From Bacillus subtilis subsp. subtilis str. 168 (GTDB lineage: Bacteria > Bacillota > Bacilli > Bacillales > Bacillaceae): a DNA stretch of 32,000 nt. A model generated the notes under the pieces. The model made no database searches. It was given only the letters and a program-made list of their open reading frames with translations, and was not told where the DNA came from. Below, piece by piece: positions 30,701-32,000 of this stretch (position 1 is its first letter; each line of letters starts with the position of its first letter). Both the position numbers and the translations under genes were made by a program. The DNA is taken from contig NC_000964.3 in assembly GCF_000009045.1 (NCBI RefSeq), forward strand, positions 360,001 to 392,000, given 5' to 3'.

Positions 30701-32000
30701 AGGCGTTACCGATAACTTCTTTATGATCGGCGGCCATTCTTTGAAAGCGATGATGATGACGGCGAAAATTCAAGAGCATTTTCATAAGGAAGTTCCGATA
30801 AAAGTGCTTTTTGAAAAGCCGACTATTCAAGAACTGGCACTGTATTTGGAAGAGAACGAAAGCAAGGAGGAGCAGACGTTTGAACCGATCAGGCAAGCAT
30901 CTTATCAGCAGCATTATCCTGTATCCCCGGCCCAGCGGAGAATGTATATCCTCAATCAGCTTGGACAAGCAAACACAAGCTACAACGTCCCCGCTGTACT
31001 TCTGCTGGAGGGAGAAGTAGATAAAGACCGGCTTGAAAACGCGATTCAGCAATTAATCAACCGGCACGAAATCCTCCGTACATCGTTTGACATGATCGAC
31101 GGAGAGGTTGTGCAAACCGTTCATAAAAACATATCGTTCCAGCTGGAGGCTGCCAAGGGACGGGAAGAAGACGCGGAAGAGATAATCAAAGCATTTGTTC
31201 AGCCGTTTGAATTAAACCGCGCGCCGCTCGTCCGTTCGAAGCTTGTCCAGCTGGAAGAAAAACGCCACCTGCTGCTCATTGATATGCATCATATTATTAC
31301 TGACGGAAGTTCAACAGGCATTCTAATCGGTGATCTTGCCAAAATATATCAAGGCGCAGATCTGGAACTGCCACAAATTCACTATAAAGATTACGCAGTT
31401 TGGCACAAAGAACAAACTAATTATCAAAAAGATGAGGAATACTGGCTCGATGTCTTTAAAGGCGAACTGCCAATACTGGATCTTCCCGCGGATTTCGAGC
31501 GGCCAGCTGAACGGAGCTTTGCGGGAGAGCGCGTGATGTTTGGGCTTGATAAGCAAATCACGGCTCAAATCAAATCGCTCATGGCAGAAACAGATACGAC
31601 AATGTACATGTTTTTGCTGGCGGCGTTCAATGTACTCCTTTCCAAGTACGCGTCACAGGATGATATCATTGTCGGCTCGCCGACAGCTGGCAGAACACAT
31701 CCTGATCTGCAAGGTGTGCCGGGTATGTTTGTCAACACGGTGGCACTCAGAACGGCACCAGCGGGAGATAAAACCTTCGCGCAATTCCTTGAAGAGGTCA
31801 AAACAGCCAGCCTTCAAGCATTCGAGCACCAGAGCTATCCGCTTGAGGAGCTGATTGAAAAGCTTCCGCTTACAAGGGATACAAGCAGAAGTCCGCTGTT
31901 CAGCGTGATGTTCAACATGCAGAATATGGAGATTCCTTCATTAAGATTAGGAGATTTGAAGATTTCCTCGTATTCCATGCTTCATCATGTTGCGAAATTT
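27744..32000 (+). CDS. srfAB: Surfactin non-ribosomal peptide synthetase subunit B, 5' part (C-A-T of module 4, start of module 5), truncated by the window edge
   Basis: ATG at 27744 after [41 protein letters not shown]. Motifs [43 protein letters not shown] and MHIIITDG all fall in the same frame up to ...MLHHVAKF at the edge. Absent from the ORF track because it has no stop in the window. Confidence 0.96.
   Translation, partial: [1419 protein letters not shown]
30880..31020 (+). CDS. comS: Competence peptide ComS (MecA anti-adaptor), nested in srfAB in the +1 frame
   Basis: TTG at 30880 with AAGGAGG (30864-30870) 9 nt upstream: (M)NRSGKHLISSIILYPRPSGECISSISLDKQTQATTSPLYFCWREK*, 46 codons, recognised as ComS. 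The ORF track shows only a longer ATG-started version (30811-31020). Confidence 0.95.
   Translation: MNRSGKHLISSIILYPRPSGECISSISLDKQTQATTSPLYFCWREK

Noticed and set aside
31540-31854. 104-aa plus-strand ORF nested in srfAB, similar in position type to comS
   Set aside because: Overlaps conserved condensation-domain coding sequence in an alternative frame; no recognised protein and, unlike comS, no strong RBS seen.
16968-32000. Repeated NRPS domain sequences as repeats or mobile elements
   Set aside because: Similarity is explained by homologous C, A and T domains; no terminal inverted repeats, transposase or target duplications seen.

Overview
The window matches a chromosomal segment of Bacillus subtilis or a very close relative, recognised from gene content and protein sequence (no database search was possible). 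Order: 3' end of the nitrate assimilation operon (nasC partial, nasB) divergent from nasA; the Zur-type zinc-deprivation cluster folE2(yciA)-yciB and zagA(yciC); yckA-yckB (ABC permease and binding lipoprotein); yckC; yckD; bglC (GH1); nin(comJ)-nucA; tlpC; hxlB-hxlA divergent from hxlR; then the surfactin synthetase operon, with complete srfAA (C-A-T / C-A-T / C-A-T-E) and the 5' part of srfAB (C-A-T / C...). srfAB is open to the window edge and is missing from the supplied ORF track. The competence gene comS is nested in srfAB in another frame with a TTG start. Regulatory elements readable by eye include a TnrA-like site between nasA and nasB, three Zur-box-like sites, two ComA boxes upstream of srfAA, paired ComK-like boxes upstream of nucA, a SigD-like promoter upstream of tlpC, and several intrinsic terminators. 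I found no clearly undescribed multi-gene system; most of the locus is well known. The less obvious items are a frameshifted remnant resembling the C-terminus of a zinc alcohol/formaldehyde dehydrogenase upstream of yckC, a perfect 16-bp palindrome upstream of bglC that is not a canonical cre, a GC-rich block over the third surfactin module, an ORF-bearing spacer between two Zur boxes, and the long srfA leader.
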